From Euprymna scolopes (Eukaryota), in NCBI GenBank assembly GCA_053919585.1, contig CM132789.1: 64,000 nucleotides of DNA. One strand, given 5' to 3'. Numbering within the stretch: the stretch's first letter is position 1; every line of letters starts with the position of its first letter. The notes beneath the pieces were generated by a model. It was given only the letters and a program-made list of their open reading frames with translations, made no database searches and had not been told where the DNA came from. The position numbers and the translations under genes were made by a program. Positions 1-11,028 of this stretch are shown here, piece by piece.

Positions 1-169
1 GTCGGTCACTTTGGTAGTTGCATCGGTTCTTCAAATCTTGATAACTATCAGAGCATTCTTTCAGTTTGTCTTTCACAAGTTCAGCTTCGATGACATCCAT
101 GGACACACGGCTCAGGCGGGTAGGTTTCAGCTTGTCGGCTTTGAAAGCATCAATTTCCAATTTATGAAA
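1..169 (-). CDS. MACF1: Spectraplakin exon, spectrin repeat (continues beyond window edge)
   Basis: ttttcttctcag|TTT CAT AAA. Open frame FHKLEIDAFKADKLKPTRLSRVSMDVIEAELVKDKLKECSDSYQDLKNRCNYQSDR to position 1. Confidence 0.88.
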
Positions 170-289
170 CTGAGAAGAAAAGGATCATGGTTAATCATAA
201 TGAAAAACAAATTCAACAAATTGGATATATTTTTGCCTAGTTCTGGAACCTGTTCACATATTTAAGTAAGAATATTTTTATATCGTGAT

Positions 290-790
290 TGCAAGAGTTA
301 GGAGTGGGTGAAGTCGGTCAAGACACTTCTTCATGAGTAGAGCAGTTCCACTGTTGACCAAGGCATGTGTACATAGTGCAATGATGTATAGAAGTGAGGC
401 CTGGCCAAAGGAGATATATGATCTGCATTGTATGGAGAGCAATATGAAAATCATATAATGAACATGTAACGTGAGTCTTAAAGAAAAATTTAGATCTGAT
501 GACCTCAGAGGAAGATTAAATCTGAACAGTTTAGGAGATGTGAGCAGAACAGTTCATTTGTATGATTATGTTGAAAGAATGGAGTTCTCGAGTTAGTGAA
601 TGCAGACCAGTTTAGGGAGAAGGTCCAGTTGGTAGGGAAATACTAAGAAAAGCATGGGAGGAAATGATAAGGATGGACTTTAGATAAAGAGGGTTAAATA
701 AAAACCTGGCCAGAGATAGGTTAGCTTGGAAGTTAATTTCTAAAAGCTGTCCGACACATGTCAACATGTAAAACAGAAAATAATAATGAT
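290..790 (+). mobile_element. Decayed RTE-clade LINE 3' fragment
   Basis: Degenerate 'ACVHSAMMY.SEAW' and 'GRG..RKAWEE.I' coding remnants ending in an aat/gat-type tail. The reverse complement of the same family is at 4740-5460 and 57340-57640. Confidence 0.7.
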
Positions 791-1179
791 GAAATATTTA
801 ACAGAAACTTACATGCTTTCATAACTTATGTTGATGGTATTTGTAAGAGAATTTAAGTTTTGATGCTAGCAGTTTTATGCTGCAGGCCTCCATGAGAAAG
901 TACATCGTGCAACATTTCAACTGATATGGTCATATCAACCACTATCAGTTATCTGAAATGATCCAAAGTGTATCCCACATTGGTATTGATCACCCAAAGC
1001 CACGTGATAGGCCGAGAGAGGATCAGTTGATGACTACCTGATCCTTGTGGGCAGAACAAGTGAAATGGCAACATATATGAAAAGTTACAAGTTATTCATA
1101 AAACGTCTAACCTAAACATAAGATGATGAAAAATAAAAATGATGATTATTTGAAGAAAACTTATGTGGAAAATAATTAC

Positions 1180-1263
1180 CTTCGCTTCTTCAATGTATTT
1201 TTGAACTGCCATCGACATGAAACGAATATCTGCCTGATGACCCAGCACATCACTGATAAAGTC
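1180..1263 (-). CDS. MACF1: Spectraplakin exon, spectrin repeat
   Basis: aatttcag|GAC...AAG|gtaatt. 84 nt, phase 0/0, DFISDVLGHQADIRFMSMAVQKYIEEAK, similar to the MACF1 'FSEDVISHKGDLRYITISG..VLEAAK' segment as I recall it. Confidence 0.92.
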
Positions 1264-1650
1264 CTGAAATTAAAGGAATACATTTTGTAAGTTTGAAAAA
1301 CAAAAAAAAGTTGTATCTTAGCTAAATTGATTTTAGAACCCCACCCCTAAATACAACAAAATAAACCTTTTTCTGCATTAACATTTTTTTTTAATAGAAA
1401 TATTTTTTAACTAATTTAAAAAACAAAATGTTTTGCACCCTAATATGTAGCTTAAAGGCTCTCTTGCAGAATGTTAATTAAACGATTTAAAAATTTCTTA
1501 GCATGTGCAGATAAATTTATCTATTGTATTTATAACTTGAAAATGGAGACCCTCAATAACCACATATTTAACTTGAGATGCTAATTAGATTATTTAAAAA
1601 ATAAGATGCTATTTTCATGATGAAGAGTCTACGTCTTTTAAATCAATCAC

Positions 1651-1824
1651 CTTATTTTTGTCAACTACAGATGTGAGACCATCCAAATCTTTGACAACAA
1701 CTTTGAGTTCTTTCTCAGCAGTCATCATCCATTTCTTAAAGTTGTTCATCTCGTTTTCAAATTTGCCCAATTGTTCAGTGGCATTTTCCAAATGTTTCAG
1801 TCGATTTTCAGATGTCTTTAGAAC
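1651..1824 (-). CDS. MACF1: Spectraplakin exon, spectrin repeat
   Basis: ctcaatttag|GTT...AAG|gtgatt. 174 nt, phase 0/0, VLKTSENRLKHLENATEQLGKFENEMNNFKKWMMTAEKELKVVVKDLDGLTSVVDKNK. Confidence 0.9.
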
Positions 1825-2409
1825 CTAAATTGAGAAAAAGTGAAAAACAAGAACATGGAGGTTAAAAAAAAAGAGCTAAACATCAAAGATTTTAACTTAA
1901 AAACAATTTTTTTATATTAATAAAATTTTGTAGCTACTTGTATGCGCATCATTTTGAACACTTTCTCCCACCAAACCTACTATCAGACCATATACAGAAA
2001 ACTGTTGTCATATTGGTTTGGTGAATCTGTCCCATTAGAAAGTTCTTGATACGGAACAGAAACATAAAATGAAAAGGGAGAATGAAAAAAAGTGAAATGA
2101 AATATCCTCTTGTCAATACAACGCACGAAATCCTTTTTTCTTTCTTTCCTCAACTTGCAAAAACTTGTGTATTCAATATTATCAGCATTCATTCTTGTTC
2201 TAAGGTGTTCAAAAAAAAAAAAACCCAAAAAACAAAACCCAAAACAATAATAAAAAAACCCCCAAAAAACTCAACGCTCATGCTTTAGGATTCGTCCCTT
2301 TTAATATTTTAAATGCAAATTAATGGCATACGTTCACCAATGAACGACCTACAAAATTACATTGGTCTTTTCTTCTTTTCTACATTTTCTGTTGTCATTT
2401 TATAGGCTA

Positions 2410-2850
2410 AGCAAACAAGGTCGTTTGCAAAAGTGATAACTTGTATTGCACATATATAATGTGATTGGCCCCCCACACTTTCTTCTCTGCAACCTCTCTC
2501 ACAGTTATTTTTTCTATAAACACTATTATGGCATGTGTTCTTCAGAATTATCTGATCTCTTATCTGCTTCTTTTGTTCCTGCTCATTTGAACTGTTTGTC
2601 TAGTGGTCTTCATTAAATTCGTTGTTTTGATACCTCATTGTAATACAGCTTCCTATTCCAGTAGCTTCTTTCTAATAATGACAAGTTTATGGAACTCTCT
2701 TCCTGCTAACTGTTTTCTCCTTCCTGTAGCCACGGTCTTTTCAAGAATAAGGCCAATAGGTATCTCCAATCTTTGCAATAATCATCTTTTGTTCTTGTTA
2801 ACTACTTACATCAAGTAGTTTCATGACTTGTTTGGAGTGATTTAAAAAAT
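2410..2850 (+). mobile_element. Decayed CR1/L2-group LINE ORF2 3' end
   Basis: Remnants 'LQPLS..FYKHYYGMCSSELSDL' and 'IPHCNTASYSSSFF..TSLWNSLPANCF', typical of the CR1-like RT C-terminus. Confidence 0.7.
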
Positions 2851-3542
2851 TCTTGTTTCAACAGAATTATATATTTTTGTATTTTATTTATTAATAGCAG
2901 TGCGGGTGCCCAACCTTGCTGGTCGTAAAATATGCTTAATATATCTTAATATATTTTAATTCATGCAGATTTCATATTTATTTTTACAGAGCCAATTCTC
3001 TATTAAATATTATATTGTACCTAATATACGGTACGGATTTCAAAAGTAAAAATAAAGACTTCGGTGCCATCAGCTTGAATCGAAACCAAAACATTTAGTG
3101 CTCCAGCCGTGTTCACTACTGTTTGAGCTAACCCAACAGACAGATAAGTTATAAAATTACACCACTTAACTATGATTAGTTTATGCATGTGCAAACTAAT
3201 AGAATAAAAAGAAATTTGAAAGCATTTAAATTTAATGTATAGCAAGTCATTTTTAACTGGCTTTAAATTTTTCTTAGCAAACTCCCTTGTACTCAAAGAT
3301 TGAAAATTATATAAGCTATTTATATCTAATATTTATAAATTATTTGAAGTAAATATAAAACTATCCACTTTTATTAAGGTAATGTTTTAATTTTTATTCA
3401 TAAAATTATTAAATGTAAATAACTTCACGACTTCTGCATATGTCGAAACTCTGCAGAATAAGTTCTTTCCAGTTTATCTGTACTCTTTGTTGGATTATTA
3501 ACAATTCTCTTTATATCATTTTTACAGATTTTTAATGTTTTT

Positions 3543-3670
3543 TTGAGAATTTAAATTAATTTTCAATAAGATTTTTCTATTATATATATATATATATAAT
3601 AGAAAAATCTTATTGAAAATTAATTCAAATTCTCAATAAAAATTTGAATTAATTTTCAATAAGATTTTTC

Positions 3671-3704
<34 letters not shown>

Positions 3705-3736
3705 GAAAAATCTTATTGAAAATTAATTCAAATTCT

Positions 3737-3739
<3 letters not shown>
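3543..3739. repeat. Two tandem near-perfect palindromes centred on (TA)n
   Basis: ttgagaatttaaattaattttcaataagatttttctat-(TA)n-atagaaaaatcttattgaaaattaattcaaattctcaa occurs twice. Confidence 0.9.
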
Positions 3740-3770
<31 letters not shown>

Positions 3771-4260
3771 AAAATTCTTCTTTTATTAATATTATTTCTT
3801 TTCTTTGTACATATTTGTGAATTATTCCATGGATTTTGGCCTTTTGGATTATTTTGGACCATCTTCCAATTACGTGATTTCCTTGGATTTTATTTGTGCA
3901 AATGGAAACAATTAACTTTCTTGGAGTTATATTTTTGGATTTTACCATCATTGGATTATTCACCTTTCACCAGACTATCCATTCACGTGTAATCACCTTT
4001 TTCTTCATCATATTCCCTCTGCTTCACTTTTTGTTATCAAGTAAGATCTTTAACTTACTTGTAGTTTCATCAAATACTTTTGTATGCAAAATCCGATCCC
4101 GCATTTTGCTAATTCCTACCCTCTGATGAGGAAGAAAGTATTTCTTTGAAACTCAGCAGATTAAGGACTATCCACTTATCAAGTGTTTCCTTTTCAGATT
4201 AAATATGTTTTTAACTCTTTTTCAAAGTGTTTTTTTAACATGTTTTATTAACTGTTTGCT

Positions 4261-4262
<2 letters not shown>

Positions 4263-4306
<44 letters not shown>
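4263..4306. repeat. (TA)n microsatellite
   Basis: Direct read. Confidence 0.95.
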
Positions 4307-4307
<1 letters not shown>

Positions 4308-4320
4308 CAAATAAACATAC

Positions 4321-4476
4321 CTTTTCTAGAAGTTCCTTGACATTAGATGATACAGCTTTCAGTTCCTCAACCTGTTCAGGTGTAATTTCTTCTTGATAAT
4401 GTTCCAATATCTGTTCAGCTTGAAAGATGTGGGACAACACAGGCTGTTGATGACTTACAATATCTTCATGTTGACT
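4321..4476 (-). CDS. MACF1: Spectraplakin exon, spectrin repeat
   Basis: tttctctcag|AGT...AAG|gtatgt. 156 nt, phase 0/0, SQHEDIVSHQQPVLSHIFQAEQILEHYQEEITPEQVEELKAVSSNVKELLEK. Confidence 0.92.
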
Positions 4477-4582
4477 CTGAGAGAAAAAAAAAATATGAAA
4501 GATAAAAATTAAACTGGACAAATTTATTATTTTCAAAGAAATTTTCTATACCTTTATCTGGAATGAAAGAGGAAAGTTTTGT

Positions 4583-4658
4583 TTTTTACAAAACAAATCA
4601 TGATTCCTGATTTATGTAATTTTTTACAAAACAAATCATGATTCCTGATTTATGTAAT
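4583..4658. repeat. Perfect 38-bp tandem duplication
   Basis: tttttacaaaacaaatcatgattcctgatttatgtaat x2. Confidence 0.9.
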
Positions 4659-4739
4659 TTTTTTTTTTAAACGAAAAATGTTAAATGGCTAAAATTTTAG
4701 TTTCTTGCTAAGGATTTGTTTCAAATTAAATTCAGTTCA

Positions 4740-5460
4740 ACGTCCATATTACATGCTGGCATTAGTTAGACAGCTTTCAGAAATTGACTTCCAAACTAAA
4801 CTATCACTGGTCAAATCGTTCGATCATTTCCTTTTATGATTTTTTTTGGCTTTCCCCATCTGAACTGAAGCTGTTATCTCAACTGTTCTACATCTACTAC
4901 TCTAAAAACTCATCCATTTTTACAATGTGGCCATACCATCAAAGTCTCCTGTTCTACACAATCTCCATATACAGTTCAATCCTTTGAGATCAGATTTAAG
5001 CCCGTCTTGAATACTTGCATTACACATTCATTGTATCATTCTCTCATGTCTGTACACATGCCTGATAGACTCTTCTCTTCACTAAGAAAAGTGACGTTCT
5101 GTTCATTAGTAATGACAAAAGTTCCCTGGACTAACTTCATCCATTTCTAATTCTTGCTATCACACTAGCACAGATCCGTGTGCTCCAATGGTATCACCCA
5201 ATAAAAAGTAACTTTTGAAAAAGATCATTAGCCTTACCATCCAGATATACTTGCTCCATTTATGATTTCTCATCCATTTCCATCATCTTACACTTCTTGC
5301 ACACAAATCTGTTATACTCTCTCTCAACCTTGTTGTATACCCAATGCTTTCACGTATCACGAAGATAAAGTTGCATCAATGTCTGTTTACAAATCATCAT
5401 CAGAGCGTTTCACTCCATCCATCATCAGGCAGTATCCGGGGCACCCCTCATGTCCACATC
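4740..5460 (-). mobile_element. Decayed RTE-clade LINE fragment
   Basis: Reverse complement matches the 290-790 family and includes an 'FVCKKCK' zinc-finger-like remnant and 'LGDTIG...SVIARIR'. Confidence 0.65.
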
Positions 5461-6914
5461 AGAGCATGCCTCGCTTAGAGGACAGTCTGTGAGGATGTGT
5501 ATGATCATCTGCACATCGGCACCACAGAAATACCAGGCATCCTGTACATAGCTCCATTTGTGCAGGTTGTTTTGTATTTTGGCAACCTTCACTTAGGCCT
5601 GGTATGACGTGACTGTCTAGAGGATCGATATTGCTCCCCATTGGGGAGATCAAGACCACCTAAAACCCTCAGTAAGGATGGCCAATTATGCTGAGATTGT
5701 TAAACGTTGATTGAATCCCGGACAGCGGCGATGACCTATCAAAAGGTAGGAGTTTGATGTGTTTTGTAAAAACAGACATATATTTTATTGCTGAGAGAAA
5801 TGACAGAAAATGTCAGAATAATGTGGAACGAGATCATGCACTCGTTGGCCTGAGGAACACCTGCTCAGACGTTCTGGCTTTCTGAGTGACAATGTTGACC
5901 TGTTGGGGGCGTGGGAGTGGAAATTGAGTTTTGATTCCAGATACACAAGCTATCGCAGGTCTGGCAGGGGTGCACACATGAAAAAGAGTTGGAAATTCCC
6001 CATTTGACGTGTTGGATTCTGGTTGATCTGGTGGATTGCCCCGACCAACCCTTTTACCTTAGAACTTAAGCAAATGCTCAGGCCGATTTTGGCAGATTAA
6101 GCCAGACCTCCGGGGAGAGAGAACCTAACCAAGAGATATCACCCCTACCCGGCCATCGCCACCACTACCATCGTGGAGAACGAAGAATAAGATTTGGGAG
6201 AATCTTGATGTTTCTGGTGTAATTGAACTGAACGATGTACATATGTAAAAACTTGTAATTTTTGTGAAATTAACTTTTTTCTAGTTAGAACTCCCGAGTC
6301 TGTTTTTCTTTTTCTGGCGTGCATGCGAAGCTAATTGATTTTCAGTAGAAATCAACACGAAGCCTGAGACGCTGAGCATTTATGTGAAGTCCTCTCGGAG
6401 ATAGACGACCAACGGCCAGACCAGTTCAACAGGGTCAAAAGTCATCTGCTGACCTGGGCGAGAGGACCACACTGGTTGAATGTTACAGACTCTTTCCAAG
6501 AGAGTTCTGAGCCTGCTGAAAAGATTTTTAATACCAAAAGCGCCTTCTTGTTGTTGTTGTTGTCTTTGACTGATTCACTCTACAAACACCAGTAGAAGGA
6601 CGCTGGTATTGTCAACTTTATGAATGCTTCTATTTACAAATATATATTCATAACATTGATAATTAAAGCCAGTGTATGAAATCAATAATTATGGGTAAGA
6701 AATAAGATGGCCTGATAAGTTTTGTTTTTGTTTTATTATTTAAAAGAAACACTTCTTTATTTTAAAGAAATGTTTCTTTTAAATAAAACAAAAACAAAAC
6801 TTATTTTAAAGTTATATAATAAAAAAAAAGATGAGAAACTTTGCATGAAAATGAAAAGATTTTGTTACTTGACATCTTTCTATAAATCCAATATATTAAA
6901 TAAATGGATCAACC

Positions 6915-7090
6915 ATAGTTGATGGCAACCCAAAGGCTATCTTCCGTTTTCATTGGTTACTACACCAAAATGTACAAGAAGGTGCTACTCCTTTCTCTGG
7001 ATTGTTTCAATTACCATTGACTCCCACCTGATAATGCAGAATCTTTAGCAAGGAAACATCAAATACGATTCAAATCATTCCAATCATGCC
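6915..7090 (-). mobile_element. Decayed SINE-like interspersed repeat
   Basis: ggcaacccaaaggct...ctacaccaaaatgta...gctactcctttctctggattg...ataatgc...agcaagg resembles an abundant octopod SINE. Recognised from memory, not searched. Confidence 0.45.
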
Positions 7091-7219
7091 AAATGGATTG
7101 ATAATGCATTATTTTCATTCCTCCAGTGATCAATTAAGGGAAGATCATCCATAAAAACATTCAACTTCACAGACTACTAGTTGGTTAATGACTACAAATA
7201 AAATGGATAAAGTTATTAC

Positions 7220-7366
7220 CTTTTGTGCATCTCGCTGTTCAACAAGTTCTTTTAAGTCGCGACTGACTGTCGTATCTTCTTTGAGTAACTGTTCAGTATC
7301 TATAAACCAGTTTAATTCAGAGTTCAGCTCTTGCATGAGGCGATCATAGGAATCAGGTAAACGGCC
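7220..7366 (-). CDS. MACF1: Spectraplakin exon, first spectrin repeat of rod
   Basis: tgtgttttag|GGC...AAG|gtaata. 147 nt, phase 0/0, GRLPDSYDRLMQELNSELNWFIDTEQLLKEDTTVSRDLKELVEQRDAQK. Confidence 0.9.
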
Positions 7367-7919
7367 CTAAAACACAGGTAGGATAGATGACAATTAAAAA
7401 AAACAAAAAACAAAAAAAAAAACAAAAAACATTTTTCAATTTAAATCTTTTATTCAGTTATAGATAGATATTCTACTAGCCTAGAGCCCTGGATCAGTTT
7501 TATTTATTTCTATTTTAAATAAGTCTATTTGAGTAGTTCTGCAAATTTGGGGGTGGGGAAAGTAACCTGAAAGGAATGCAATTAGGTGGATCATTAGTTC
7601 TGTCCCACAAAATGGAACTGTTTCCAAAGAAAAAAGAAAAACCATTAAGAGTGCTGATAATTGGGTGCATCCTTGTTCACCACAATAATGTGCCTGTAAT
7701 TCAGATATTGGATTAACCATGTAAAACTGGCAGTGATAAACTTGTTTGTTGTGTCCAGAAAATGAAATTCAAATGTTGAGAGAGAGAGAGAGTAAGTGCA
7801 ATAGAGAAAAACTTAAGAGCAGATAAAAACATTTCATTGAGTGCAGCAGGCACAAGTGGTTCTTTTAAGCAGAGAAAATGAAAATAGAAACTAACAAATG
7901 TGATTTTTATAATTTAAAA

Positions 7920-8380
7920 ATTTTTGGTACTTATTTAGAATTACACTTATTTACAAACAAAAAAAAAAAAAGGAAAGAAATACAGAAAAATCTATGTATA
8001 TACTCATCACATGATATTTAAAAAATCATGTAAATTGATCATGTAGTTTTTTTTTTCTTTTCTTTTCCTGCTTAGAAAATCAAATTTTGTGACCAAGCGA
8101 GACGTAGGATTTTTGATTAGTCATGTTTTTTGATCAAGTATAAATAATGGGGAGACAACTTAATTCGAAATATTGAGATTAAAAAATGATATAATGAATA
8201 CATCTAGTGTTAAAAATTTCTAAAAATCGTAAATTTTTACTTTGTAAATCTAAAAAAAACTTGATCATTTTAAGTGATTTTCAAAATATGACATTTTCAT
8301 TCTGTGATGAGTACATATATAATGAAGATTTTTCTGAATTTTTTTTTTTGTAAATAAGTGTAATTCAAAGTAAGCACCAT
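7920..8380. mobile_element. MITE/foldback element with long imperfect TIRs
   Basis: ggtacttatttagaattacacttatttacaaa (~7926) pairs with tttgtaaataagtgtaattcaaagtaagcacc (~8347-8378); internal arms also pair (actcatcac/gtgatgagt). Confidence 0.75.
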
Positions 8381-8554
8381 TTTTTCCTTTTAATAAAACT
8401 TGAAATTCATTCAAAATTAAACTGCGTATAACCAGAATTAATTTTAAGTTTCAGATTATTATTTCTTATTTACTGGGCATTCTCCCACTAGTTATTATCA
8501 GTGATAACTCACTGCAGAAAACACACAAACAAAATTAAAAAAAATTAAAAAAAC

Positions 8555-8830
8555 AGACAGGTAGCATTCCCTGGAGTCCGAGTGACAAAATGTCTTCCCA
8601 GACTTCCAGTACTTGCAGCTGCTTTTGATCTTTGTATTATCGCAAATTCCTTTTAGCATCTAGTTCTTACTAGTAAAGGCTATTGGTTTCTTTCTGGAAT
8701 TTGAGTGACAAACGTGAGGATTCCAATACTCTCTGAATTTCCAGTGGAGGTTTGGATTGTGCTCTCCTTTTTGTCTTCCTATTCTTTCAAACTCTTCAAA
8801 AATATTTTTTATTGCATGCCAGCATTCTTT
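8555..8830 (-). mobile_element. Decayed R4/Dong-like non-LTR 3' end
   Basis: Minus strand reads 'TIQTST...' then gtactggaagtctgggaagacattttgtcactcggactccag, resembling the common octopod '...RVLET*GDLLSLRLQ' LINE tail. Confidence 0.5.
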
Positions 8831-9421
8831 TTTTTTTTTTTTCCTTTTATTATCTACTCACTACAGTTTTTGCACAGGTCATTAGTGCTATTATCACTTA
8901 TATGCTAAGACAATTTTATGTCTGTACATACATAATCACCCTCCAACACTTTTTAAAATATAGTATCACCTGATGATGATTAATCTGATGCCAATAGAGT
9001 TAAAAATCCTGACTTCACCCATTTTTAAATGAATTGTTCCAAAATCAAATTAGGTCATATCATTGACTAAAACCATACAATTTTAAATACATTCATTTCG
9101 AAAAGTGACCTTGTTTTATTGGTTTGAAGAATGTTTAGATGAATATATATTTTTTTTACTGTAAGAAGACAATATTTGTTTTAACACGATTTCAATTGGT
9201 ATAATTTTAAATGAATAGCAGATATATTAGTTTTAATCATTTAAATATTTAGCTGACAATCGTAATTATTTTTATGGAAAAAAGTAATTTGTTCTAAATA
9301 GCATTGACTCAGAGATATTTAACTATCTAAAAAGGAACATTATTAGTATTAAATAACAGTACATTGTAGAGATTAATGCAGAAGGCACTGTGGAATTTCT
9401 GTTAGTTATTCATTTATAAAT

Positions 9422-9449
9422 ATATTTGGGGATTGTGTAGTGAAACCAA

Positions 9450-9486
<37 letters not shown>

Positions 9487-9865
9487 ACAATAAATAAATA
9501 TTACCATAGCCAGTAAAAGTTACTTTTGTACCTACCTGGCTCATTTTTGTGTTTTTAAATAGTTTCAACTGTTCTTTACTTCAACTCTAATATTTGTTTT
9601 TTTTATGAAATGTTAGCAAAAAAGATGGCCTCCGATACATGAAAAAATGTTAGCAGCCATCTTTGCTGGCTAACATCTTGTAAAAACCGAATATTTGCAA
9701 TAAAATAAAAAAAAGAACATTTAAAACTACTTCAAAACACACACAAACTAATTATCCAGGTAAATAGAAAAGTAACTTATTGGCTTTGGTAACATTTTTG
9801 TATTGTATATTTGTTTTTTTTTCCCTTAGTTTTTTATTGGCTTACCCGCACAATCTCCAAATATT
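9422..9865. mobile_element. Foldback/MITE element
   Basis: atatttggggattgtg pairs with cacaatctccaaatat; taccatagccagtaaaagttactttt pairs with aaaagtaacttattggctttggta; tgttagcaaaaaagatggc pairs with gccatctttgctggctaaca. Confidence 0.75.
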
Positions 9866-10920
9866 TCCATATTTTTTTATAGTAACATTTTGTTAAGAGA
9901 ATACATGAAAAAATATTTTCAATTGTTAATAAAAAATAATGCTTATTTTATGAATTGTTGCTTTTCTTTGGTGTTAATCACTTCACTTCTAGTTAGAAAC
10001 TAGAAGGACTTTCCAGCACTTCATGAAGGAAGATTATGAACAAAATAGCAATAAAGGTTTGAATTTGTTTTATTTAATTTGATTTTAGCAATTTTGTTTC
10101 TCTGGATTCAATAACCGTAAAAATATAACCTTCTGAAATATTCCAGTCCTTTCAAAATTACAATATTGAATTGTGAATATTAGGCACATTTCTCTACACA
10201 AATCTAAATAAATATTAATCATATCTAAAAACAATTCATTGAAAAACAATTATATAAAAAAATTTATTAGAATTATTTAATTTTTAGGTATTTTAATGTC
10301 TTTCAAGTATTTAAGTATATTTTATTATAGTGATTGTGATTATACTAAAATGTCTAGTTTTTCCCATTAAATACAAATTTAGAGATTAAATATTATCAAT
10401 GCATTTCTTTTTAATAAATTCTGATGAAGGTACAAGATGAAATATTTTTATTAGATTTATTTTCTTTAAAAAATTATTTAAAGAAAGGAAACATTAAAAA
10501 AATTTATAAAACTAATTACATTATGCTTATAATTATTACTATGCTTATAAGAAATACTGTATAACTGTCTCTAAGCCTATGCTGCAAAAGATCTAGATTT
10601 CAAAATCCTATGTAATATACCCTTTGTGTCAACCAACAAAATTATTATCAACCCTGTCAAGAATCAAATGCTACTGAATGATGGTAGCAAGTGCTCACAC
10701 AAAGAGTAAACCTGTATTCAAGTAATTAAAAAGCAATGCCACAGTAAATTTGCAGCAAGTCCATGAATTACGACATTCCCTACTGCCATCAGTTTCTACT
10801 AAATTACATGACAACAACTAAGCATTTCTCCCAACTTAACATCGGACTTTCAGCATCAAAATGCCTCCAAGAGCATTAATCCTAAATTCAAAATGTGCAC
10901 ACTTATATTAACAGAATTAA

Positions 10921-11028
10921 TACAACAATCATGTTGATATACCAGTTTTTATTAGATCATCAAAGTTAAGCATTGTAGAGCTTGGTCAGTACCAGATGGG
11001 CGACTATTTAAGAATACCAGATGCTGCA
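10921..11028 (+). pseudogene. 5S rRNA-derived sequence (pseudogene or head of a 5S-derived SINE/LINE)
   Basis: catgttgatataccagtttttattagatcatcaaagttaagcattgtagagcttggtcagtaccagatgggcgac...gaataccagatgctg aligns by eye to metazoan 5S (box A agttaagc, box C gatggg..gac) with many substitutions. Confidence 0.75.

Noticed and set aside
10921-11028. Functional 5S rRNA gene
   Set aside because: Many substitutions, ends do not pair, no oligo-T terminator, single copy.
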